A stretch of DNA of 51,007 nucleotides from Octopus bimaculoides (taxonomy: Eukaryota): contig NC_068981.1 of assembly GCF_001194135.2 (NCBI RefSeq), forward strand, positions 56,235,955 to 56,286,961. Reading direction: 5' to 3'. The notes under the pieces are model-generated. The model was not told the origin of the DNA. It saw only the letters and a list, made by a program, of their open reading frames with translations, and did not search any database. The translations under genes and the position numbers were made by a program. Of the stretch, positions 10,686-22,673 are shown one piece after another. The first letter of the stretch is position 1; each line of letters opens with the position of its first letter.

Positions 10686-11770
10686 ACACTATCCTTAGTC
10701 TTAAACAGAATGATCACTACCATCAACGCCAACATTCTCACACNNNNNNNNNNNNNNNNNNNNNNNNNNNNNNNNNNNNNNNNNNNNNNNNNNNNNNNNN
10801 NNNNNNNNNNNNNNNNNNNNNNNNNNNNNNNNNNNNNNNNNNNNNNNNNNNNNNNNNNNNNNNNNNNNNNNNNNNNNNNNNNNNNNNNNNNNNNNNNNNN
10901 NNNNNNNNNNNNNNNNNNNNNNNNNNNNNNNNNNNNNNNNNNNNNNNNNNNNNNNNNNNNNNNNNNNNNNNNNNNNNNNNNNNNNNNNNNNNNNNNNNNN
11001 NNNNNNNNNNNNNNNNNNNNNNNNNNNNNNNNNNNNNNNNNNNNNNNNNNNNNNNNNNNNNNNNNNNNNNNNNNNNNNNNNNNNNNNNNNNNNNNNNNNN
11101 NNNNNNNNNNNNNNNNNNNNNNNNNNNNNNNNNNNNNNNNNNNNNNNNNNNNNNNNNNNNNNNNNNNNNNNNNNNNNNNNNNNNNNNNNNNNNNNNNNNN
11201 NNNNNNNNNNNNNNNNNNNNNNNNNNNNNNNNNNNNNNNNNNNNNNNNNNNNNNNNNNNNNNNNNNNNNNNNNNNNNNNNNNNNNNNNNNNNNNNNNNNN
11301 NNNNNNNNNNNNNNNNNNNNNNNNNNNNNNNNNNNNNNNNNNNNNNNNNNNNNNNNNNNNNNNNNNNNNNNNNNNNNNNNNNNNNNNNNNNNNNNNNNNN
11401 NNNNNNNNNNNNNNNNNNNNNNNNNNNNNNNNNNNNNNNNNNNNNNNNNNNNNNNNNNNNNNNNNACCACCACTACCACCACTAACACCACAACCACCAC
11501 TACCACAAAAATCTCACTAGAACGACGACGACGACGACGACCACCACCTCCACTACCACCACTACCACCACTACCACCACTACCGCCACTAACACCACAA
11601 CCACCACTACCACAAAAATCTCACTAGGACGACGACGACAACGACGACCACCACCTCTACTACCACCATTACTTACATCTCTCTACTACCAATATTGTCA
11701 TTCAACATCATCAGCACTACTATCGATAACTCCACAATTACCAATGAGCACGCACACCACCCGTAGCTGC
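10243..11770. repeat. Mosaic trinucleotide low-complexity tract (ACT, ACC, GCC, GCT, ACG) spanning a gap
   Basis: Direct; includes a ~107-bp duplication marked by CAAAAATCTCACTAG at 11506 and 11613. Confidence 0.9.
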
Positions 11771-11844
11771 AGTACGTCATCTTACCCATTCACTGTCAGG
11801 ACTGCTGGTTATTACTGCAGAATAGTTCAGCTGTGACATAATAA

Positions 11845-12900
<1,056 letters not shown>

Positions 12901-13149
12901 TTTATGAATTCTGGCATACATACCACTGTTATCTATGTATCAATCAATGTATGTATCTCTCTAATCTGAAATACAAAGATGTAGAGACATAAGCACCTAT
13001 GTATAAATAACACGCAAATATACACGAAAAGCTTAGGTATTATCAGTTAAATAGGATATAGAAAGATTTATACAAATGTACGCATTTACACATGTATGTA
13101 AACGCAAACATGCACGTGCACAACCATAGCGAAAACTTACTCAACGCTG

Positions 13150-14322
13150 CTAGCTAGAATGGAATATTATTTATTCAAATGAGTCTGCACAAGTTACTAT
13201 TCGGTGTTTCTTGTTCTCGGTATTTACGTTCCCAGTAGTTATGGTTCTTGACGTTTTATTGCAGAAACACTGTGGCTTCTTCATAGTACACGTATTACAC
13301 ACAAAATTCCGTAACCTGAAATTTGGCCTATAAAGTGATTATACATTATGGTTCTTGAAGCTTTCTCATATACACACCGATGCTCCTGTAAATTACATGT
13401 TTAATACACAAAATTAACTAAACTTAAATGTGGTCTTTATTGTGATGATGGGCTCATAGTATCAACAATATGAATTGTTGCCAACTAAGTTAAGAAAGAA
13501 TCTCATCAAAACCCCCAAAGAAGTTTATCTGAAAAACAAAGTAGACACTGATTTAAACATTATTTTCTTTTACATTACACCAAACTTAGATAGTAATAGA
13601 ACTCACCTTTAGGAAACCCGGTGAAAGGCTATTATACATTAAGAAAATGTCTAACCACCCACTGCCCATCATCAAGGATCTAGTTAAAAATATTTCTAAG
13701 CTTATCAAGTAAATCCATGGATGAAGCCTCTTTCACTGGATCGTCGGAATAATAAAATGTCGTACTAAAGTTAAGCAACTTCAAGGACAAAATATTCCGA
13801 AAAAAACCACACGTCATACGCAACTTAAATGCTTGTAAATGATGCAAACGAAAAATACTCTTTTAAGCATCCCTTCACTCGCACTGTACAATTAAATACT
13901 GGCAGAGGTTTTGTGACTCGGATACAAAAGAACTTCCGTTATAAATTAAAACTTTGAACAGAAACATTACATTTTGCCTCAGTTGCATACATATAGCCAA
14001 CACCAAGTCCAAAAAACTATCGGACACCAACAACACCAATCTGATGTATTCACGTTTAAATCAACCATCACAACATGTACTCTACAGGCCGGGTACCCAA
14101 CAGACACAATTCGCATTACACACAAAACTTACATTACAAACACTAATGCAAAAAAAAAGAAGGCTTCAACCAGACCCCATAACAAAACAAACTGACGCAA
14201 TACAGTACCTGGAAGAGTTTATACTCCCCCAACAAAAAAGAACACACAATGCCTCACACACCCCAGCAACAGGAAATTGTAGCAGGTGGTGCAGCAGAAA
14301 TTTACCTGAAACTACTAAACGT
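13150..14322 (+). mobile_element. Decayed Penelope-like element (RT, thumb, EN)
   Basis: KCGLYCDDGL (GLYRDDGL catalytic motif), KPGERLLYIKKMSNHPLPIIKDLVKNIS, HPFTRTVQLNTGRGF, NRNITFCLSC, TPATGNCS. Confidence 0.85.
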
Positions 14323-14387
<65 letters not shown>

Positions 14388-14442
14388 CCTACGTAAAAGC
14401 ATTGCACACATCCTACGTAAAAGCACTGCACACATCCTACGT
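14388..14442 (+). repeat. 24-bp tandem repeat encoding TAHILRK, the C-terminal motif of R4-type LINE ORFs
   Basis: Direct: GCACACATCCTACGTAAAAGCACT x~2.3, immediately after (AAT)n. Confidence 0.55.
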
Positions 14443-14496
14443 TCACTCATATTTTTTTTTTATCATATCTACTGCTTCAATTATTATAATTATTTT

Positions 14497-14565
14497 ATGT
14501 TTGACTTTTGTTTTGCATTTGTACAAGTTGGATCCAAGTCTCACCCAGAGACCTCAAGAGACAAC
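14497..14565 (-). mobile_element. Short 5'-truncated LINE 3' tail embedded in (TAA)n (probably R4/Dong-like)
   Basis: Second copy at 14713-14800; flanked on both sides by TTA repeats; clade is inferred. Confidence 0.45.
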
Positions 14566-14573
14566 ATTATTAC

Positions 14574-14607
<34 letters not shown>

Positions 14608-14712
14608 GCCTTTGCACAGCTTCTAACACTGGAGATGTACTACAGTGTCAGCCGTTCACTACCAGTGAACTAAGTTAATTATTATTATTATTATTATTAT
14701 TGCTATTGCTGT

Positions 14713-14800
14713 ATGTTTGACTTTTGTTTTGGATTTGTACAAATTGACTTTAATTCTCACTCAGAGACCTCAAGAGACAACAAGTTAAAAGTTCAAGTTC
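14713..14800 (-). mobile_element. Second copy of the same LINE 3' tail
   Basis: ATGTTTGACTTTTGTTTTG.ATTTGTACAA...CTCAC.CAGAGACCTCAAGAGACAAC shared with 14497-14565. Confidence 0.45.
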
Positions 14801-14943
14801 AACAACAACAACAATGACAACAACAGTAACAACAGCAACAATAGCAATAAGAATAATGACGTTCTATATTTAAGAGATGAGAAATTATGTACATTATTTA
14901 CATTATTTACATTTGACGGATATTTGTCATCTTCTTTGTTGTT

Positions 14944-14986
14944 AACACGTTTCGACTGATATACCCTCCAGCCTTCATCAGGTGTC
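14944..14986 (-). ncRNA. Hammerhead ribozyme copy (3-nt deletion at helix III/cleavage site)
   Basis: GACAC-CUGAUGA-A-GGCUG...CAGUC-GAAAC-GUGUU. Confidence 0.65.
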
Positions 14987-15062
14987 TTGGGGAAATTTCG
15001 AACCTGGGTTCTCATTCCTAAGGTATTTTTCGATGTTATTATTATTGTCATCATTATTGTTC

Positions 15063-15135
15063 AGGTCACTGCCTGGAATCGAACTCGGAATCTTGGGGTT
15101 AGTAGCCCGCGATTTAAACAATTCGCCATATGCCC
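15063..15135 (-). promoter_or_regulatory. tRNA-like (tRNA-Arg-resembling) Pol III head within the PLE 3' region
   Basis: GGGCATATGGCG...AAGATTCCGAGTTCGATTCCAGGCAGTGACCT with B-box; starts 29 nt after the EN stop; A-box region is mutated in this copy. Confidence 0.75.
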
Positions 15136-15164
15136 GTGGGAAATTATGGAGTGAATTTTAGGGC

Positions 15165-15717
15165 TTATAAATCTAATATTCTCCTATCCTTCCTTAATAC
15201 CGGTTCCCATATGCTACTCATATCTGCATTCGGTCTGCTTAGGAGGTTGTGTCCTAGCATATGTGCTGCTTCTTTTAGTTTTCGTATTTTCCAGCGGTGT
15301 TCTCTGTCTATTATTTTAACTTCATCCCACAGGGGGAGGTGGTCTCCATTTTTCCATACATGATCAGCTATACCATATTTATCAACATCTCCCCATGTCA
15401 CAGCTTTGAGATGTTCGTCTACTCTTATTTTGAGGGGGTGACATGTTTCGCCATTGTATAACCTACCACAGCTGCATGGGATGGAGTACACACAGTTTTT
15501 GGTCATATTCTCTTCTATTGGTGGTTTTACTCTTGAATGCGTTCCTGATGTCATATAGGCAGTTTATCTTTTGAATCTCTTCGGAGAGGCCTTTCATATA
15601 GGGTAGACAGACTGTGGACAGTTTATTGGTTTCATGTTCTCTTTTCTTCATATTTGGAGTAGATAGTATGTTTTTGGGGTAGTTGTTGCTTAATTGATTG
15701 TTATTGAGGTTGATCAT
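15165..15717 (-). pseudogene. Penelope GIY-YIG endonuclease, frameshifted
   Basis: CVYSIPCSCGRLYNGETCHPLKIRVDEH..AV..GDVDKYGIADHVW.NGDHLPLWDEVKIIDRE..WKIRKLKEA. Confidence 0.9.
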
Positions 15718-17370
15718 TTCTTCATGACAACAAAGTAATTAGAGAGGGAGACTTCACGAGCAGGTAGTCTATTGTTGGGATGGTAGCCAAATCATCACAA
15801 CACTCGTCGCTCTCCCTAAACGACAAGGAGGCGCGCCTGATGTAGGCAGACTCGATTGTGAAAGTAAATGGTAAGAGAGTACAAGTTGCTCTCTCAGCCC
15901 AGGTTTAGGTAACAACTGCTTGGAAGACGGGGTTGAATCGCTATGTGTCGGTTTAATAGTTTATTTAGATGCATTTCTTCTGTCGCTTTGAGGTATGTTA
16001 TCACCTTTTTGCTAGAGGTGAGTGTTGACACTCCCCTTTAATTTCTGCAGGATTCAGTCTCCTATCGTTGACAATCCCATTTCTGGAATTATCTCATACA
16101 TATAAAAAGTGGCTGATAAAATCTCTAATTGTCCTTTCAAGTTAATTTATGATCTTGAAGCTATGACCTATACTGCGAAGCGAAACTTCTTCGCTTCTGT
16201 TTCTACAGTTTACTTTTTTCTTAGGGCTGGCTATCGAGATAAAAGTACATAAGCACATCGTGCACACTAATTAGATAAAATGATAAAATAAGTATATTTT
16301 CTTACGCTGGATAAAACAACAAATATATAGGGTAGGTTTATAATCAAGTGAAACGACTACTAATAAATTTCTGGTAATAATTTTATCAACCCCAGGGAAT
16401 AGGCAAAGTCGAATCCGGTGGAATTGGATTTCAAAATGTAAAGGACAACAACTAAAATGAAAAGAAAAGACAAACAAGAAAAAACCAAAAAAAACAAACA
16501 AAAAAACAAACAAACAAAAAACCAAATCCCTCCTTTCTTAAACAACGTCTTGCAAAACAAATTTCTTTTTAACGAATATCGAAATAACGAAATAAAACTG
16601 AGGTGAAAGAAGAAAATGGTAATTAGGGGCTACGAAGAGAAAGGTTTTTCAAATAAAACAATACTAGTGATTGCATTCTAATTAAATATTAACAAGAAGC
16701 TCTAATTAAAACCGACTTTTTTGTNNNNNNNNNNNNNNNNNNNNNNNNNNNNNNNNNNNNNNNNNNNNNNNNNNNNNNNNNNNNNNNNNNNNNNNNNNNN
16801 NNNNNNNNNNNNNNNNNNNNNNNNNNNNNNNNNNNNNNNNNNNNNNNNNNNNNNNNNNNNNNNNNNNNNNNNNNNNNNNNNNNNNNNNNNNNNNNNNNNN
16901 NNNNNNNNNNNNNNNNNNNNNNNNNNNNNNNNNNNNNNNNNNNNNNNNNNNNNNNNNNNNNNNNNNNNNNNNNNNNNNNNNNNNNNNNNNNNNNNNNNNN
17001 NNNNNNNNNNNNNNNNNNNNNNNNNNNNNNNNNNNNNNNNNNNNNNNNNNNNNNNNNNNNNNNNNNNNNNNNNNNNNNNNNNNNNNNNNNNNNNNNNNNN
17101 NNNNNNNNNNNNNNNNNNNNNNNNNNNNNNNNNNNNNNNNNNNNNNNNNNNNNNNNNNNNNNNNNNNNNNNNNNNNNNNNNNNNNNNNNNNNNNNNNNNN
17201 NNNNNNNNNNNNNNNNNNNNNNNNNNNNNNNNNNNNNNNNNNNNNNNNNNNNNNNNNNNNNNNNNNNNNNNNNNNNNNNNNNNNNNNNNNNNNNNNNNNN
17301 NNNNNNNNNNNNNNNNNNNNNNNNNNNNNNNNNNNNNNNNNNNNNNNNNNNNNNNNNNNNNNNNNNNNNN

Positions 17371-17716
17371 GTCGAGCAAATCGACCCCAGGACTTATTCT
17401 TTGGAAGCCTAGTACTTATTCTTTCGGTCTCTTTTGCCGAACCGCTAAGTTACGGGGACGTAAACACACCACCATCGGTTGTCAAGCGATGTTCGGGGGA
17501 CAAACACAGACATACAAACACATACACACATACATATATATATATATACATATATACGACAGGCTTCTTTCAGTTTCCGTCTACCAAATCCACTCACAAG
17601 GCATTGGTCGGCCCGAGGCTATAGTAGAAGGCACTTGCCCAAGATGCCACGCAGTGGGACTGAACCCGGGACCATGTGGTTTGTAAGCAAGCTACTTACC
17701 ACACAGCCACTCCGTG
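17371..17716 (-). mobile_element. Family B (CORE-like) SINE, 3' end lost in gap
   Basis: Reverse complement homology to 2340-2820. Confidence 0.85.
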
Positions 17717-18746
17717 TTTGTAAAAGTTTTCATATATTTATATATGCGACTACATTAATAAATGCTGATGTATGTATGAATGTGTATATCTATCTGTCTA
17801 TCTATAAATTAGTTAGAAGGAACAATTGTTGAAGAAGGAAAGGAAAGAACCCCACAATATATGTAACGTAAAAATGCTGTTAAGACATGTTGTTAAGTCA
17901 TGTTAAGTCTGTGTTAAGTCATGTTGAAAATGGCAGATTTTGAATGACCGGAAATTATCGAGAAGGAATGAGGTTTCATACGTACAAGAACAGCAAGTAA
18001 AGTAGTTTTGTGTAAGTTATATATGTTCGCGTGTGTACCTTTACACTATGCGTTTGAACCCAGTATATATGGGCTAGTGTGTATCGGTATAGACATGACA
18101 TATGTGTGTGCGCATGCGTGTGTGCGTATGCATGTGTGTGCATGTGTATGCCCGTGCGCGTATGCGTGTGTGCGCTTGTGCGTTTATACGAGCACATACA
18201 CTCGTACACAAATTTGGCTAAGTACATATGTTATTGCGAGATGCGAAAGAAGCCCTTTTTCCAACTTGTCAAATTTGCGAAGCTCAATAAATGATAATGT
18301 AAATGCTTTTCTTTTTTACCTGATACAAGTTTGTATAAATACAAGCATCTTAATTTTAATAACGTATTTTGTGGTATTTACTAACATCTCTTTACCTGCT
18401 GGGCTCAAATCCTTCAAATTTCATACGATAGAGTTATTTCTTTATCTGTAATAAGATGAAATCAGTCAACTATATTTCCCCTCCATAAATTTATGACCTT
18501 GTGCAAATAATAAACTGTAATTATTATTTTCGGATAAGCGGAATCGTTAAAGAGTCAGACAAAAATCTTACAATGTATATTCATGCTATTTACGCCCTGA
18601 GTTCAGCCTGCTGAGTTCTTTGAATTTCAACCATTCGAGGTCAAGTAATAGCGTACCAGTCCAGTAACGAGGTCAATGTAATCAACTATCACCTTATTTA
18701 CATTAATTACATTTGACGGATATTTGACCTCATCTTGTTTGTTGTT

Positions 18747-18792
18747 AACACAACGCTTCGGCTGATATACACACCAGCCTTCATCAGGTGTC
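18747..18792 (-). ncRNA. Hammerhead ribozyme copy (A15.1->G)
   Basis: GACAC-CUGAUGA-A-GGCUG...CAGCC-GAAG-CGUU-GUGUU. Confidence 0.65.
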
Positions 18793-18842
18793 TTGGGGAA
18801 ATTTCGAACCTGGGTCCTCGTTCCTAAGATATTCTTTCGATG

Positions 18843-18923
<81 letters not shown>

Positions 18924-18982
18924 TAACTGCCTGTAATCGAACTCGGAATTTTGGTGTTAGTTGCCCGCGCTCTTATGCCCGT

Positions 18983-19056
18983 GGGCATAAGGTGTAGTGG
19001 TTAAGAACGCGGGCTACTAACACCAAGATTCCGAGTTCGATTCCAGGCAGTGACCT
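18983..19056 (+). promoter_or_regulatory. tRNA-like Pol III head with A and B boxes
   Basis: GGGCATAAGGTGTAGTGGTTAAG (A-box) ... GAGTTCGATTCC (B-box). Confidence 0.8.
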
Positions 19057-19132
19057 GAATAATAATAATAATAATAATAATAACATCGAAAAATATCTTA
19101 GGAACGAGGACCCAGGTTCGAAATTTCCCCAA

Positions 19133-19178
19133 GACACCTGATGAAGGCTGGAGGGTATATCAGCCGAAACATTGTGTT
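19133..19178 (+). ncRNA. Hammerhead ribozyme copy (core intact, G16.2->A)
   Basis: GACAC-CUGAUGA-A-GGCUG(GAGGGUAUAU)CAGCC-GAAA-CAUU-GUGUU. Confidence 0.7.
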
Positions 19179-19573
19179 AACAACAAACAAGATGAGGACA
19201 AATATCCGTCAAATGTAAATAATGTAAATAATGTACATAATTCCTCATCTCTTAAATATATAACTGAACTTTCACCTTCCTGCAAATTTCTAGCGTTCAG
19301 CCTATACTAGAGGCAATTATTATTCTTTACTATTTAAGAATGTTGATCGGGTAACAAGCATTAGGGCAAGTTTTAACTAATTCAGATGGAATTTCGTAGC
19401 TGCATACCTTTCAGGCATCCCAATATTTTCGCTTTTATTCATTTTCTCGCAGAAAATAAAATCAGATAGTGAATAATGTATTTTACTAATGGAAAAAGAC
19501 AGATAGATAGCTGAATAGATAGATAAAGTGAGTGTGTGTGTGTATGTGTGTGCGTGTGCGTGTGTGTGTATGT

Positions 19574-19604
<31 letters not shown>

Positions 19605-19989
19605 AGAGAAAATAAAAAAATGTATATATAAAAATCCAAAACAAATAAAGTAAATAACTTTTCGAGACAAAACAAATACAATGTAGCAAACTTTATTAGA
19701 ACACGTGAGACGTTGGAGGTCAATCTAATTGGGGTGTTGTTGCTGGTACTCTTTTATGTTAAGTTCCAGATCAGACCAAACTGAACAGGTACCAATGATA
19801 AATGAACTTCCAACCACTATATTCTGTCTTACATTCAGAGATACAGTGCTACATCATCTATTGTGTCCTGCCATTTTAAAAATAGTAGTTTGTATGATTT
19901 GAAAGGCTGAGCGATACATAGAAGTTTCCTCGATGGCTCTTCTGATTAAGACTGAAGCAAAGCAAAGAGTCGAAGATTTGTAATTTGTA

Positions 19990-20560
19990 ATAGTTAGCAA
20001 CACGTTTCTATAGTGCAGAGACTTCATCATAACCCGGTACAGTTGATCAGCGAGGTTGGTTTCAGCACTAACTAAATTTCATCAACTGCTGAATAACCGT
20101 CTTTAACGGCGATGATGTTGGTGAAATCAGTCCAGTCTTTTCATGTCTTCGATAAGTAACCCAGTCTTACATGTATATAGCAACGAAGAAAAAACACAAG
20201 TATTGTTGGTTTTCAACTTTGTCTCAACTGACATTCTGTTCAGAGACCATAAACGTCTATCCAATCTTCGGAATGTTTCACTAGCTTTCTCAATACGGAA
20301 GGAGGTTTCATCACCAAGAGTATTTGTCATGCTCATAATACTACCTAAATACACGAATTTGTCTACAAACTGCAATTTCTGCTCCAACGCATAAATGTTT
20401 GACCCAGCGTAAGCGTTACTTGGTGCAGGTTTATACATTATCACTGTTTTTTTTCAGGGTGATACCTAGACCAAATGCTCAGCAAACTATCGGGGAAAGG
20501 TACAAGAGGTGCTCCGTGTCACTCTGGGATTGAGGAACAAGATCACAATCCAGTTGTCAT
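19990..20560 (-). mobile_element. RTE-clade LINE, RT C-terminal fragment
   Basis: KKTVIMYKPAP...LQFVDKFVYLGSIMS....LGDETSFRIEKASETFRRLDRRLW...SVETKLK...CVFSSLLY. Confidence 0.85.
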
Positions 20561-20584
20561 CTTGCTACTGCGAGAAAGTTTTGA

Positions 20585-20870
20585 TTGTTGAATATCAATT
20601 GCTGGAATATTCACACCTTCTTAGATTATGAAGCCTGTGCAACACGCTTTGAAAGATCAGCGCTTATAGGGAAGGTGTTACAGCAATATAACATGGATCT
20701 GATAGCCTTGTCTGAAAGGAGACTCTCTGAAGAGGAGCAAAAAAAAAACGGTTCTGCAGCATTTGTGGTAAAGAACTCCACAGTGCCTAGGCTGGAAGAA
20801 CTTCTCTGTGGATTTACTGAACATCTGATGTCAACGAGGATGCCATTGTCAACGAAAAGATTTTTTTACC
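20585..20870 (+). mobile_element. RTE-clade LINE, APE endonuclease N-terminal fragment (internally deleted)
   Basis: LNINCWNIHTFLD...ERSALIGKVLQQYNMDLIALSERRLSEE...AFVVKN...GFTEHLMSTRMPL. Confidence 0.85.
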
Positions 20871-21180
20871 CTAAAGTACATATATACACACACATATNNN
20901 NNNNNNNATATATATATATATATTCATACACACACACACACATACATTCACATACACACACATATAAAGAGTCTTATTTATAGGTATTAATAGGATAAAC
21001 CGATTTGCATAAATAACGCATTCTTGGCAGCTATTTCGATTAATCAATTACCAACGCATTGCTAATACATAACACTACTTTTAATGTGCATTCTCTCCAC
21101 TACAAAAATTGATAATTACATCGAAATCAATTTTGATTTGCACCTTGAGAATATACCTCTCTTTGTGTTTCTCTACCACC

Positions 21181-21220
<40 letters not shown>

Positions 21221-21235
21221 ATTACATGTATGTGC

Positions 21236-21274
<39 letters not shown>

Positions 21275-21532
21275 CCTATGCATATATATATAGTCATGTA
21301 TGTATGATATATATGTGTATGCACGTATGATTGTGTGTTTGTGTATATGTGTTTGTGTCTATATAAATGTGCGCATGTGTGCATGTGTGTGCATGATTCT
21401 AAGTAGAGAAGGAAACATCTACGTTTTAGAGTTCTAAATCTAGTTCACAAATACAGACAAATACACATATAAACACATACATTTATATATATAAAGTGAA
21501 TGTGTAAATGAGTGTGTGTGTCTGTGTGTGTA

Positions 21533-21571
<39 letters not shown>

Positions 21572-21869
21572 CTATTTTTGTGTGATTGTGTGAGTGCATA
21601 TGTAAATCCAGTGTTTGGGACAGAGTTTTTCTTCAGGATAACGTTGACAGGGGGGAAGTAAAAGAGAGATGATAGAGTCCTACAAGTGGGCTGCAACTGA
21701 TGAGAATTTTAAGACAACGGGGGCTTCATACGTAAAGAGAAAGTAATAGGAAGAGTAGAAGGAATGAGAAATGAAATGAAGAGGAGAAGTAGGAATAAGC
21801 AAGGATGAGATGGTGAGAAAAATTGCGGAGGGGATCCGTTGGAAGATAAGAAGACAATTACTGAACTAA

Positions 21870-22260
21870 GTGGAGATGTAGGAGTAGCAGGAAAAAACGT
21901 TCATTTCACCCCGTAATATGGAAGGTATTTTCCCCCGTTTCTTTGAGGATGCGCATCCATAGTATATGGCGTGCGGAGATGCTGCAGACTGATGAGTAAT
22001 GGAAGGGCCTGTTGCATTGCAGCGGGTGACGATAGATTGGCCAGGCATTGCAGCATGCTTCGAATGTTTCCCGAAAATGATCAACAAGGCAATAACCTGT
22101 TCTCCTAATGTAAAGAGAGCCGCAAAGTTGGGCGACAAGTAACAGAAGTTCTGGGAAATGTGGTGCTTTGTATATCGGCCCGGTGATAGTTTTAGTGTTG
22201 TTAACACAGGAGCAGATGTGGCATAATCAACAAACGTATTTACATGTATTTGGTTGTGTT
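21870..22260 (-). mobile_element. Penelope-like GIY-YIG remnant (another family)
   Basis: Frame not in the ORF track: ITGP...LCGSLYIRRTGYCLVDHFRE matches C..LYIG.TGRRL.DRFREH. Confidence 0.65.
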
Positions 22261-22604
22261 GAGCGGGGCATTATGGAGCTTCTTACTAAGAGATAACCGA
22301 TGTTACTATCTTCTTTTAAGATAGTGCGATCAGAAATTTCACTGTACTCTTTCGGTCGATTTTTCTAAATAACGCGCGCGCGCACACACACATACACATA
22401 CACACACATACACGCATACACACACAAACACACACACATATATATATGTATATATACATATATATACATATACGCACACATACACACACACACATATTTA
22501 TTTATATGAGGGGCATTACTACACATAAATGCCTCATGCTATGAAGGATTCTTAAAGGCAATCTGACTACTTGATAAATTCTTATAAAGATCTTATCTTA
22601 TTTT

Positions 22605-22673
<69 letters not shown>

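Larger units (their letters stand above)
14861..16260 (-). mobile_element. Internally deleted Penelope-like element with tRNA-head/(AAT)n/HHR 3' module
   Basis: KPTH and EEMINL...NNYPKNI thumb, LPYMKGLSEEI linker, GIY-YIG domain, then a 3' module shared with 18694-19265 and 37960-38435; the 5' boundary is approximate. Confidence 0.85.
18694..19265. mobile_element. Head-to-head palindrome of two non-coding tRNA-(AAT)n-HHR modules
   Basis: Direct inverted repeat centred on CTTATGCCC-GT-GGGCATAAG (18972-18991); no PLE coding sequence attached. Confidence 0.9.

Noticed and set aside
11786-11830. Possible 45-nt minus-strand exon with good AG/GTAAG signals (LNYSAVITSSPDSEW)
   Set aside because: Too short to assign and isolated; needs RNA-seq. 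Not excluded, but not supportable
18983-19056. Functional tRNA gene
   Set aside because: Anticodon and acceptor stems pair poorly, there is no T-run terminator, and it is embedded in a repeat
21612-21645. HHR-like CUGAAGA...CAAAC (minus) downstream of the 21870 EN
   Set aside because: GAAA is absent and helix II does not pair
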